From positions 1 to 19,634 of the forward strand of contig NW_021824202.1 of the NCBI RefSeq assembly GCF_006345805.1: a DNA stretch of 19,634 bases, written 5' to 3'. How positions within the stretch are numbered: position 1 is the first letter of the stretch; every line of letters starts with the position of its first letter. The translations under genes and the position numbers were made by a program. The notes beneath the pieces are model-generated. The model was not told where the DNA came from. It saw only the letters and a list, made by a program, of their open reading frames with translations, and did not search any database. The stretch comes from Octopus sinensis. Its lineage: Eukaryota. Positions 19,242-19,634 of the stretch are shown here, in pieces.

Positions 19242-19634
19242 TCACCTGCTCCAAAGAAGGCCAAACTCTTTTCTGTTGTAGAAAAGGTAACGGCTTCAGT
19301 GTTTTGGAATGCAAAATGAATTGTATTTATTGATTATCTTCAAAGGGGCCACACCATCAAAGGAGAGTACTATGCCAATTTGCTCAGATAGTTACGAAAG
19401 TCTATCAAGACCAAACGCGAAGGAAAACTAACGAAAGGTATCTTGTTTCATCAGGATAATGCTCACAGAGCACAAGTCCGTGTTTTCGATGGCTGCTGTG
19501 CGTGACCCTGGCTTTGAACTGGTTGATTAGCCTCCTTATCCTCCTGATATGGCCCCATCTGACTAGTGTCTGTTCCCCAACACGAAAAGCACTTGGCTGG
19601 GAAGCAGTACCACAATGAGGATTATGTCATATCG
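19242..19634 (+). pseudogene. Mariner transposase fragment (copy 3), running off the window
   Basis: SPAPKKAK...KVTASVFWNAK*IVFIDYLQRGHTIKGEYYANLLR*LRKSIKTKREGKLTKGILFHQDNA...GFELVD*PPYPPDMAPSD. No 5' TIR or N-terminus is seen. Confidence 0.9.

Overview
This is a repeat-dense, very AT-rich eukaryotic window, probably intronic or intergenic. The SINE families and the extreme (TA)n/(CA)n/(AAT)n load suggest an octopus-like cephalopod (inference; not verifiable from here). No host protein-coding gene, rRNA, tRNA gene or CRISPR array is supported, and most listed ORFs are microsatellite artefacts. Supported content: a complete non-autonomous Helitron (69-580); three decayed mariner (D,D34D) copies, two with both TIRs and TA target duplications; a 5'-truncated R4/Dong-like RLE retrotransposon inside (TAA)n (15711-17056); HERO-like, L2-like and RTE-like LINE scraps; about ten tRNA-derived SINE copies from two families; and three long-inverted-repeat (MITE/fold-back) elements. 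The main hidden signal is two type-I hammerhead-ribozyme-like motifs (630-729 plus strand; 3893-3980 minus strand). They share the core CUGANGA...CAU-GAAAC-GRUC-GUA, a self-complementary helix III, a U-U apposition at the base of an unusually long helix II, and a covarying helix I. This resembles the dimer-type hammerheads of Penelope-like/retrozyme termini. Other candidates: an 85-nt pre-miRNA-like hairpin beginning UGAGGUA (12614-12698), a non-coding 480-bp passenger in (AAT)n next to the Dong-like LINE, and a HERO fragment that replaces part of one arm of a fold-back element. All alignments and folds were done by eye.
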